A stretch of 18,404 nt of DNA from positions 1-18,404 of the forward strand of contig JAWLEP010000021.1 in the NCBI GenBank assembly GCA_041686025.1, given 5' to 3'. Numbering within the stretch: position 1 is the stretch's first letter; each line of letters begins with the position of its first letter. The position numbers and the translations under genes are program-made. Below the pieces are notes generated by a model that ran no database searches, was not told where the DNA came from, and worked only from the letters and a program-made list of their open reading frames with translations. This stretch comes from Candidatus Fermentibacteraceae bacterium. Lineage in GTDB: Bacteria > Fermentibacterota > Fermentibacteria > Fermentibacterales > JCC-6. Of the stretch, positions 7,122 through 14,691 are shown piece after piece.

Positions 7122-8642
7122 ATGGGCAGGGAAGGCGGCATGCGAGTTCTGATGGCGGCCTGCGCGGTGCTGGCCCTGGGAGGCGGGCCGGCCGGGGCCG
7201 AGAGGCCGTCGCTGAGCGGGCCGGAGTACACGTTTGTATCGGAGCAGGAATGGTTCAGGGTGCACTGGACCGATGCCGGGTCGGACTCCACCTCCCAGGC
7301 CTATGCGGAGGAGGTGGCTCTGGCCGCGGACTCCTCCTGGGCAGTTCAGGTGGACGAGCTGGACTTCTTCGCTCCTCCCTCGGACCAGGGTCTGGGGGGC
7401 GACGACCTCTACGACGTCTATCTGGTGGGCCTGGCGGGAGACAATGACGGGTACGTGTCCACCGCCGGGGAGCCCGGAGACCCCGGCACCCCCAACAACG
7501 ACAGCGCCAGCCACATGGTTGTGGACACGGGCCTCGACGGGACAGAGGAGCGCAGGTGCCTGGTGGCCGGGCTGTTCCAGCTTGCCTGCCAGGCCGCAGC
7601 CGATGTGGACGAGGCCACCTGGCTGAAGGGCAACAGCTCGGTATGGGCACAGGAGCAGGTCTACCCCGAGGACGACTGCTACATCATACCAGAGGGCGAC
7701 GGCTCCATAGTCTACCCGTGGCTGTCGCTTCCGGAGTCCGCGGGCATGGACGGGTCCTTCAGCTGGGCCTGGTTCATGGAGGGTCGTCTGGGACCCGGCG
7801 CCGTGGTGGAGGTCTGGGAGAGGTGTGCCGAGGTGACGGGCCCCAACTCCTGGCAGGCCTGCCAGGAAGTCTTCGCCGCCCATGGCGTGGATTTCGCCGA
7901 AGGCTTCATGGAGTACGGCATGTGGCGCTTCCTGACCTACGGCTACTGGATCGACGGATGGGGCTTCGGAGGGGACGCACAGTACTGGGAGCCTGGCCCC
8001 TCGATTCTGGACCAGCACCTGATCGGCTCGCTTCCCGACTCGGCCAACTGGTCCGGAAGCGACGAGACCGACCCGGAGTCATGGGGCCTGAACTGGATAA
8101 GGGTGGACCTGGCGGCCTACCAGGACGGCTGGGTGGAGATGGACTTCGACGGCGGCGACGGACGGCAGTGGTGCCTGGGGGTTATCATGTACAGCGCCGA
8201 TGCCTGCCAGTTCTACAGCCACGACGTTCCCCAACCCTCCGGAGAGCTCTCCGTCTCGGTGTACGCCGCCGGGTGGGACTACGCCGTCTTCTTCCCGGCC
8301 CAGGTGGCCGAGGGCGGCATGCAGGGGGTGTTCCAGAGCAGCATCTCCTACTCCACCGGCACCGGTGAAGGGGGTGCCTTCAGCGGCCCGGAGCTGGAGC
8401 TGGCGGGGAACCCCCTGAGGCCGTCTTCCCGGGCCCTGCTGGAGATGCCGGCGCCGGGGACGGTGGACCTGGCCGTCTACGACCTGGCCGGGAGACGTCT
8501 GGCTACGCTGCTGGACGGGGAGGTATGTGCCGGCTCCCATTCGCTGCCCCTGGGCGGGCTGGACCTGCCCCCGGGAACCTATGCGCTGATGTTGTCGTCC
8601 GAGGCAGGGATATTCATGCTGAAGGCCGTAGTGGCCCCCTAG
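7122..8642 (+). CDS. Secreted MXAN_6640-like metalloprotease homologue, apparently catalytically degenerate, with a C-terminal T9SS/FlgD-Ig-like domain
   Basis: SD AAGGAGAGGTG precedes ATG 7122 (alternative ATG 7140). Signal peptide. 'FRVHWT...AYAEEVA...SW...V..L.F..PPSD...GGDDLYDVYL' resembles the MXAN_6640 N-terminal region, but there is no HExxH in the protein. The C-terminal 'GNP...AVYDLAGRRLATL...G.H...LPPGTY...K' is a CTD-like pattern. Confidence 0.8.
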   Translation: MGREGGMRVLMAACAVLALGGGPAGAERPSLSGPEYTFVSEQEWFRVHWTDAGSDSTSQAYAEEVALAADSSWAVQVDELDFFAPPSDQGLGGDDLYDVYLVGLAGDNDGYVSTAGEPGDPGTPNNDSASHMVVDTGLDGTEERRCLVAGLFQLACQAAADVDEATWLKGNSSVWAQEQVYPEDDCYIIPEGDGSIVYPWLSLPESAGMDGSFSWAWFMEGRLGPGAVVEVWERCAEVTGPNSWQACQEVFAAHGVDFAEGFMEYGMWRFLTYGYWIDGWGFGGDAQYWEPGPSILDQHLIGSLPDSANWSGSDETDPESWGLNWIRVDLAAYQDGWVEMDFDGGDGRQWCLGVIMYSADACQFYSHDVPQPSGELSVSVYAAGWDYAVFFPAQVAEGGMQGVFQSSISYSTGTGEGGAFSGPELELAGNPLRPSSRALLEMPAPGTVDLAVYDLAGRRLATLLDGEVCAGSHSLPLGGLDLPPGTYALMLSSEAGIFMLKAVVAP

Positions 8643-9055
8643 CAGGGCTCCGCTGACTCACCCGGCTTGCTGGTGCGGACGTTCAGCTTCGGCGGGGACT
8701 CCAGGTGGCGCTTCACCGCGCACTGCCCCGCCGCCCTGATCAGCGCCGGCCGGTACTTCTCCGGAAAGCTCTCCGGCAGCCTGATGTCCAGGTCAATGCA
8801 GTCCAGCATCCCCGTCTCCGGGTCGCGGCTCATGTGCTGAGCGATGTTGATCCCGTCGGTGGGGATGTCCCTCTGCTGGCAGAAGGAGAGAACGTAGATC
8901 CCGCTGCAGGTCCCTATGGAGGCCAGGAAGAGGTCGAAGGGGGCTGGGGCGGAGTTCTCGCCTCCTCCGTGCTCGGGCTGGTCGGTGGGGATGCTGTGGC
9001 CCTGGAACTCGGCGTCGACTCTCTTCCCGCCGGGGAAGTCGATGGTCATGTGCAT
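8639..9055 (-). CDS. OsmC/Ohr-family protein (YcaO-associated OsmC-like type), 138 aa
   Basis: AAAGGA upstream. 'FPGGKRVDA...TDQP..GG.NSAPAPFDLFLASIGTC' and the second Cys in 'AAGQCAVKRHL' give the two-Cys OsmC pattern. Confidence 0.92.
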   Translation of the reverse strand: MHMTIDFPGGKRVDAEFQGHSIPTDQPEHGGGENSAPAPFDLFLASIGTCSGIYVLSFCQQRDIPTDGINIAQHMSRDPETGMLDCIDLDIRLPESFPEKYRPALIRAAGQCAVKRHLESPPKLNVRTSKPGESAEPC

Positions 9056-9083
9056 TGGAGGGTCCTTTCGCCATCTGTAGAGA

Positions 9084-9114
9084 CCCCCGACCCGCGGAAG
9101 CCGCGGGCCGGGGG
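9084..9114 (-). terminator. Probable intrinsic terminator or stabilising hairpin downstream of the 9809-9138 gene
   Basis: Minus strand CCCCCGGCCCGCGG-CTT-CCGCGGGTCGGGGG forms a 14-bp stem. Its single non-Watson-Crick position is a G-U pair only on the minus strand. It is followed by TCTCT (weak U-tract) and starts 23 nt after the stop. Confidence 0.65.
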
Positions 9115-9137
9115 CCGGATGTGGGCCTTCCTTACGG

Positions 9138-9809
9138 TTAGAAGGTGGTGGTCTTGATGGATCCCCAGGTGGTCTGGTCGAAGCTCACGCCGGGGGCCAG
9201 CTCGAGGTCGTCGTAGAAGATGGTGCTGGCGCCGTTGCCGAACAGGTCGAGGGCGGCGATCTCGTTCACGCCCGTTGTCTGCCAGGGAATGGTCTCCAGC
9301 AGGGTGCCGTCGTAGTAGATGCTCTGCTGGTTGTTGTCCAGGTCGATCTCCACCTTGATCTCCATCCAGGCATCGGGGGTGAAGACGCCTACGGCCGAGC
9401 CCTCGACAACCTCGATGGTGTTGTCTGCGAGGTTGAACTTGAGGTCCAGGGACCAGTCATGCGATCCGCCCTCGGGGAAGTAGGTGTTCAGGAGGATGTA
9501 GTAGGTGGAGCCGCTGCCCCCGCTGGGGATGTACTGCCAGGCGGTCATGATCCAGCTGCCCTCGGTCTCGTCGAACTGCTGGACGATGTCGCTGGTGTCG
9601 ATGATGGCCAGGCCGTTGGGGGTGCTGTTGGCCACGGAATCCTCCACGAAGGCGTCGTAGGAGGGATCGCCCTCCCATCCGTCCCAGCCGCCGTTGCCGA
9701 TAAGGCCGCCGGTGGAGTAGGAGTCGAAGTTCTCGGTCCACTGCGCGCCGGCCGCGGCGGCCAGCACGAGGACCGCTGTGACTGCCAGAAGCTGATAAGT
9801 TCTGTTCAT
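9138..9809 (-). CDS. Secreted hypothetical protein, probable ConA/LamG-like beta-sandwich, with a C-terminal TTWGSIK tail, 223 aa
   Basis: GGAGGT SD precedes ATG 9809 (the ORF-track start at 10100 overlaps tetR). Signal peptide MNRTYQLLAVTAVLVLAAAAGA. 'WTENFDSY...G..GW' start and 'WMEIKVEIDLD...IYYDG...FYDDL' jelly-roll-like strands. Ends VSFDQTTWGSIKTTTF. Confidence 0.85.
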   Translation of the reverse strand: MNRTYQLLAVTAVLVLAAAAGAQWTENFDSYSTGGLIGNGGWDGWEGDPSYDAFVEDSVANSTPNGLAIIDTSDIVQQFDETEGSWIMTAWQYIPSGGSGSTYYILLNTYFPEGGSHDWSLDLKFNLADNTIEVVEGSAVGVFTPDAWMEIKVEIDLDNNQQSIYYDGTLLETIPWQTTGVNEIAALDLFGNGASTIFYDDLELAPGVSFDQTTWGSIKTTTF

Positions 9810-9864
9810 GATAACCTCCAAAGAGAAATGATCTGTGGGCGTGTAGACTTCAGGGACCAGTGAA

Positions 9865-9893
9865 AGCATATCTCTCTTCGGGGAAATGGTCAA
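9865..9893 (-). promoter_or_regulatory. Putative sigma70 promoter of the 9809-9138 gene
   Basis: Minus strand TTGACC (9893-9888)-17 bp-TATGCT (9870-9865), close to consensus with optimal spacing. Confidence 0.7.
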
Positions 9894-9925
9894 GAACTGC
9901 GTGGATTCTCGGCGGCCAATCGGTC

Positions 9926-9970
9926 TTGACGGTTTGCCGTTCCCTTGCATATTGCTGACCGAACGTTCAG
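9926..9970 (+). promoter_or_regulatory. Putative tetR-operon promoter plus TetR-type palindromic operator
   Basis: TTGACG (9926-9931)-16 bp-CATATT (9948-9953), followed by CTGACCGAACGTTCAG (9955-9970), which matches its own reverse complement at 12 of 16 positions. Confidence 0.65.
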
Positions 9971-9984
9971 TCTGGGGGTAAGCC

Positions 9985-10584
9985 GTGGGTGGCAGGGAGA
10001 GCATTCTCAAGGCGGCGGAGGCCGTGTTCGTGGAGCGCGGTTTCTCGGGGGCCTCCATAAGCGAGATCGCTTCTCGGGCGGGAGTCGCCAAGAGCCTCAT
10101 ATACCATCATTTCGAATCCAAGGACCAGCTCTGGTGCGAGGTGATAAGGGAGCACAACCGGCGGTCGGGCCTGCTGGAGCGGTTCTACGAGACCCTGGCC
10201 TCCCAGGACATGGATTCCCTGGACGAGCTGACCCGCGGCGAGAAGGGCTTCTTCTACTTCCTCCGCGAGCATCCGGAGCTCATCAGGATGATGTCCTGGC
10301 TCAACCTGGAGGGGGGCCTGGACATGGACTTCCCCCACCCGGAGGCCCGGGGGAAGATCACCGACCGCATACGAGAGCTGCAGGAAAAGGGACGGATACG
10401 CCCCGACGTGGACCCGGTGGTGCTGCCCATCCTCTACATGCAGGTCTGCTTCGGCTGGTTCGAATCGCGGTGGAAGTACCGCAGATGGTTCCCGGAGGGG
10501 CTGTCCGACCGGGAGCTGGACGCCCGCTTCATACAGTCCGCAATGGAGATAATCTGGAACGGGATCACACCGGATGAGGACTAG
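9985..10584 (+). CDS. TetR/AcrR family transcriptional regulator, 199 aa
   Basis: N-terminal HTH 'RESILKAAEAVFVERGFSGASISEIASRAGVAKSLIYHHFESKDQLW'. C-terminal 'GRIRPDVDP'. Sits directly upstream of an RND operon. Confidence 0.95.
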   Translation: MGGRESILKAAEAVFVERGFSGASISEIASRAGVAKSLIYHHFESKDQLWCEVIREHNRRSGLLERFYETLASQDMDSLDELTRGEKGFFYFLREHPELIRMMSWLNLEGGLDMDFPHPEARGKITDRIRELQEKGRIRPDVDPVVLPILYMQVCFGWFESRWKYRRWFPEGLSDRELDARFIQSAMEIIWNGITPDED

Positions 10585-11632
10585 GCTCGGGGCCCTGATG
10601 CTGCTTCTTCTGGCCGCCGCCTGCCGCAACGGGGAGGCTCCGCTGCGGACGCCTCCGGCGGTCAGGGTACGTACGGCCGAGGCCGCGCCCATAAGCCGGA
10701 CCGTAGTGGCTCCCTGCGTCCTGGAGGGGGCCGAGGAGGCGGTGCTTGCCGTTGCCGACCCCGTGCGGGTGGAGGAGGTCCATGTGGCCCCCGGCGACAG
10801 CGTCAGGGCGGGGCAGGTGCTGGTGAGCCTCCAGACCGACCGCGCTCTGTCCGCCGGCGTGACCGCCGCGGCCGCCGGCGTATCCGCCGCGAGGGCGGGA
10901 GCTCGGTACGCGCGCGACAACCTGGACAGGGTCCGGACCCTGGTGGAGGCCGGCGCGGCCAGCCGGGACCGCCTGGAGTCGGCGCAGGCGGCGGCGGAGG
11001 CGGCGGAGGCCGGCCTCGGGGAGGCGCAGGCCTCCTACGGGGAGTCTCTCTCGGGGGCCGCCAGCGGACAGGTGAGGGCGCCTTTCGACGGCGTGGTCAC
11101 CAGGGTGGCCGCCCGGGAGGGAAGCCCCGCCTCGGGGGGGCTGGTGGCGGTTACCGGGGGCGGGGCCCTGGAGGCCGAGCTGCTGCTTGACCAGAGCCGG
11201 CTGTCCGAGCTGAGGCCGGGACTGCCCGTCTTCTTCCGGTCGCCGCACCTGCCGGGAGCCATCTACGAAGGGACTGTGACCGCCGTGTCTCCAGCGGTGG
11301 ACCCGGTCTCGGGCCTGGTTCCCGTCAGGGTTCAGCTGGCCGACACCACCGGCGCCCTCTTCCCCGGCCTGGACGGTACGGCCACGGTTGCCGTCAGGAC
11401 CGGGGACAGCCTGCCCGTCCTCCCCCAGATGGCGCTGCAGCGGCTTCCCGGCGGCGGGTGGCGGGTTGCCCTGGTGGAGGAGGGCAGGGCCGTATTCGGG
11501 GATGTGGAGGTGGGCATCCGGAACGGCTTCACCATGCAGATAGCCGACGGGGTACGGGAGGGTGACAGCGTCATCGTCCTGGGCCACAACAGGGTCGAGG
11601 ACGGCGGCCGGGTAAGGGTGGTGGGCCGGTGA
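10574..11632 (+). CDS. RND efflux periplasmic adaptor (membrane fusion protein) 1, lipoprotein, 352 aa
   Basis: Lipobox LAAA|C. Lipoyl half-motifs 'VHVAPGDSVRAGQVLVSL' and 'VRAPFDGVV', an Ala-rich alpha-hairpin and the C-terminal 'GVREGDSVIVLG'. Overlaps tetR by 11 nt. Confidence 0.93.
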   Translation: MRTRLGALMLLLLAAACRNGEAPLRTPPAVRVRTAEAAPISRTVVAPCVLEGAEEAVLAVADPVRVEEVHVAPGDSVRAGQVLVSLQTDRALSAGVTAAAAGVSAARAGARYARDNLDRVRTLVEAGAASRDRLESAQAAAEAAEAGLGEAQASYGESLSGAASGQVRAPFDGVVTRVAAREGSPASGGLVAVTGGGALEAELLLDQSRLSELRPGLPVFFRSPHLPGAIYEGTVTAVSPAVDPVSGLVPVRVQLADTTGALFPGLDGTATVAVRTGDSLPVLPQMALQRLPGGGWRVALVEEGRAVFGDVEVGIRNGFTMQIADGVREGDSVIVLGHNRVEDGGRVRVVGR

Positions 11633-14600
11633 GCCTTCCGGGAATCGCCGCCAGAAGGCGGGTGACCTTCCTGATGGTCTTCCTGGTGATGGCGGGTGCC
11701 GGGATATTCGGCCTGACCCGCCTGGGGCTGGACTACTTCCCCAAGGTCGACCTGGGCGAGATCGTGGTGGTGACGGCCCTTCCGGGGGCGGGGCCCGAGG
11801 ACGTGGAGAACCTGGTCACCCGGGAGCTGGAGGACGCGGTGACCGGCGTGGAGAGCGTGGAGACGGTGGAGTCGGAGTCCAGCGCCGGCCTGAGCGCCGT
11901 CTTCGTGGAGGTAAGCCTCGGTGCCGACATCGACCGGGTGGAGGAGGACATCCGGGAGGCGGTGGAGCGCATGAGGAGCACCCTTCCCGACAACGCCACC
12001 GACCCCCTGATCTTCGCCCTGGAGAGCAGCCAGAAGCCGCTGATGATACTGGGCTTCTCCAGCCCGGCAATGACCAGCTCGGAGCTCCGCAGGCTGGTGG
12101 ATGACGAGATATCCCCGGTCCTGGGCAGGGTGAGGGGCATCTCCAGCGCCGACATAGCCGGCGGCGAGGTGCGCCAGATCAACGTGCGCATAAACCCCGT
12201 CCTCCTGTGGGACAGGGGCATCACGCTGACCCAGGTGTACGGGGCGCTGTCGGCGGTGAGCGCCGACCGGCCGGGCGGCGACATCGAGGCAGACCGTCTG
12301 GAGGTGCCGCTGAGCGTGAAGAGCGGCTTCCACTCCCTGGACGATATCCGGGAGCTGGTCATCGGCTCTCACGGTGGCGTGCCGGTGCGCCTCCGGGACG
12401 TGGCCGAGGTGGAGGACGGGTTCCGGGAGGCCACCAGCATCTCGCGGCTGGACGGGGAGAGCAACGTGCTGCTGATCTTCCGCAAGAGCTCCGACGCCAA
12501 CACGGTGAACACCTGCCGGAGGCTGGAGGGGGAGATAGAGAGGCTGTCGGGCAACTACGAGGGCCTTCTCTCCATGGAGATCATCTACAGCCAGGAGGAC
12601 TTCGTGATCTCCTCCATGACCAGCCTGCTGCAGACGGGCATCCAGGCGGTGCTGCTGGCGGCGGCGGTGCTGATACTCTTCCTGGGGTCCGCGGCCAACT
12701 CCGGGATCGTGAGCATCTCCATGCCACTGTCCTTCGTGGCGACCTTCGCGGCCATGTACCTCTTCGGCGTCAACCTGAACATCATGTCGCTGGCGGGGCT
12801 GAGCATCTCCATAGGGATGATCGTGGACAACTCCGTGGTGGTGCTGGAGAACATCCACCGGCTCCGCAGGGAGGGCGCGAAGGTGCTGGAGGGGGCCGAG
12901 CGGGGGGCGGCCCAGGTGGGGATGGCGGTGGCGGCGTCCACCATGACCACCGTGTCGGTGTTCGTGCCCATGCTGTTCGTGAGGGGAATGACGGGCCAGA
13001 TCTTCCGCGACCTCTCCATCACCATAGCCAGCGCCCTCTTCATCAGCCTCTTCGTGAGCCAGACACTGATTCCGCTGCTGGCCGGCATGTCCGACAAGCT
13101 GGTGAAGAGCCACCGCCGCGGCTCTCCTCTGGGGAAGATACAGGACTGGATACACCGGCTGGAGGAGTACTACGTGGCCAGGCTGGGATGGTTCCTGACC
13201 CATCGCTGGCTTACGATACTTCCGGTGGCCGCCGTCCTGGCGGTCTCGGTGTTCCTGCTGCGCTACATACCCACCTCCTTCCTCCCCGACGTGAAGGAGG
13301 GGGTGATGCAGATCAACGCCTCCATGCCCCAGGGAAGCAACCTGGCGTTCACCGACAGCGTGGCCGCCGCCCTGGAGGACTCGATAATCGGCGCCATGGA
13401 ACCGGGGGACCTGCTTCACTCGCGAGCGCAGGTGGGCCGTAGCGAGGGGATCGGCGCAGCCTTCGGCTCCGACGCCTCCTGGCGCATCGACCTCTCCCTC
13501 TACTTCGCCCAGGAGGGGGAGATGGAGGGCACCATGGACGGCTACCAGGACAGCGTGAGGGCCATACTGGAGGACGTGCCCGGTCTGGACTACGCCATCA
13601 CCACCGGAATGCCCATTGGCAACGAGTACCCCATACAGGTGGCGGTGTACGGCACCGACCTGCAGGATCTGCGGGAGACGGGGGAGAGGGTCAGGCGGGC
13701 GATGTCGGAGATCCCCGGAACCGTGGAGCACCGTACCTCCCTGGACGAGTGGGTGAGCCAGATCGACTTCCACCCCGACGAGGCGGTGCTGTCGCAGCGG
13801 GGGGTGACCCCGGCGGAGGTGGGGTTCGAGGTGACCCTGGGAGTGCTGGGCCTGGACGCCTCCACCTACTACGAGGAGGACCGGGAGGTGGACGTCCACA
13901 TGCAGTACGCCGAGGAGTTCCGCTCCAGTCCGGAGATGATCCGGGGACTTCCCGCAGCCGGCGCTCCCCTGGAGGCATGGGGCGACTTCCGGAGCTCCCT
14001 GGTCCCCCAGAAGATATGGCGCCGCGACCGGGTCAGGAGCGTACGGGTCTCAGCCAAGATCGAGGGCCGGGCGCTGGGAGACGTGGGCGGTGACCTGACC
14101 GCCATGATGGACACCCTGGACCTGGGCGGCCGGCGCTGGGAGCTGCTGGGCGACATCCCCGAGCAGGAGGAGGCCTTCGGCAGCATGGCCCTGGCCATAG
14201 CCGTTGCTGTGGGCCTGGTATACATGGTCATGGCCAGCCAGTTCGAGTCCCTGCTGGAGCCGTTCATGCTGATATTCGAGATTCCCATGGCCCTGATCGG
14301 CGTGATACTGATCCACTTCTTCGGCGGAATGACCCTGGGGATCACCTCCCTGGTGGGCATACTCATGCTGGCGGGCATAGTGGTGAACAACGGCATCGTG
14401 CTGGTGGACTTCGCCAACCGGCAGCGCAGGGAGCACGGCATGAAGACCCTGGAGGCCGTTGTGGAGGCGGGCAGGAAGCGGATGAGACCCATACTGATGA
14501 CCGCCAGCACCACCATCCTGGCTCTGATGCCCCTGGCCATGGGCGGCAGCAGTAGCGCCGACATATGGGCCCCCATGGCCAGAACCGTCATCGGGGGCAT

Positions 14601-14691
14601 GCTGGTGGCCACTCCCCTGACCCTGGTGGTTCTGCCGGTGCTGTACGTGGCCCTGGACCGCCTGCACTCGGTGAGGCGAAGAGATGGGTAG
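11629..14691 (+). CDS. RND efflux transporter permease subunit (AcrB/AcrD/AcrF family), 1020 aa
   Basis: GTGA overlap with MFP1. Two large periplasmic loops with 12 TM-like segments. Motifs 'GAGPEDVENLVT..LE', 'GMIVDNSVVVLENI', 'QFESLLEP', 'GIVVNNGIVLVD' and 'RMRPILMT'. Confidence 0.96.
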   Translation: MSLPGIAARRRVTFLMVFLVMAGAGIFGLTRLGLDYFPKVDLGEIVVVTALPGAGPEDVENLVTRELEDAVTGVESVETVESESSAGLSAVFVEVSLGADIDRVEEDIREAVERMRSTLPDNATDPLIFALESSQKPLMILGFSSPAMTSSELRRLVDDEISPVLGRVRGISSADIAGGEVRQINVRINPVLLWDRGITLTQVYGALSAVSADRPGGDIEADRLEVPLSVKSGFHSLDDIRELVIGSHGGVPVRLRDVAEVEDGFREATSISRLDGESNVLLIFRKSSDANTVNTCRRLEGEIERLSGNYEGLLSMEIIYSQEDFVISSMTSLLQTGIQAVLLAAAVLILFLGSAANSGIVSISMPLSFVATFAAMYLFGVNLNIMSLAGLSISIGMIVDNSVVVLENIHRLRREGAKVLEGAERGAAQVGMAVAASTMTTVSVFVPMLFVRGMTGQIFRDLSITIASALFISLFVSQTLIPLLAGMSDKLVKSHRRGSPLGKIQDWIHRLEEYYVARLGWFLTHRWLTILPVAAVLAVSVFLLRYIPTSFLPDVKEGVMQINASMPQGSNLAFTDSVAAALEDSIIGAMEPGDLLHSRAQVGRSEGIGAAFGSDASWRIDLSLYFAQEGEMEGTMDGYQDSVRAILEDVPGLDYAITTGMPIGNEYPIQVAVYGTDLQDLRETGERVRRAMSEIPGTVEHRTSLDEWVSQIDFHPDEAVLSQRGVTPAEVGFEVTLGVLGLDASTYYEEDREVDVHMQYAEEFRSSPEMIRGLPAAGAPLEAWGDFRSSLVPQKIWRRDRVRSVRVSAKIEGRALGDVGGDLTAMMDTLDLGGRRWELLGDIPEQEEAFGSMALAIAVAVGLVYMVMASQFESLLEPFMLIFEIPMALIGVILIHFFGGMTLGITSLVGILMLAGIVVNNGIVLVDFANRQRREHGMKTLEAVVEAGRKRMRPILMTASTTILALMPLAMGGSSSADIWAPMARTVIGGMLVATPLTLVVLPVLYVALDRLHSVRRRDG

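Noticed and set aside
4608..9183. The 31-nt near-repeat (4608-4638 and 9153-9183) as a mobile-element end or recombination site
   Set aside because: It coincides exactly with the coding TWG tails, the mismatches fall at variable amino-acid positions, and no transposase or integrase is present. Protein-level constraint explains it better.
12826..14391. RND proton-relay residues read DN (TM4) and NN (TM10) instead of AcrB's DD and K
   Set aside because: VDNSIVVLENI and GIVVNNGI variants are common in a large RND subgroup, so this is not evidence of inactivation or novelty.
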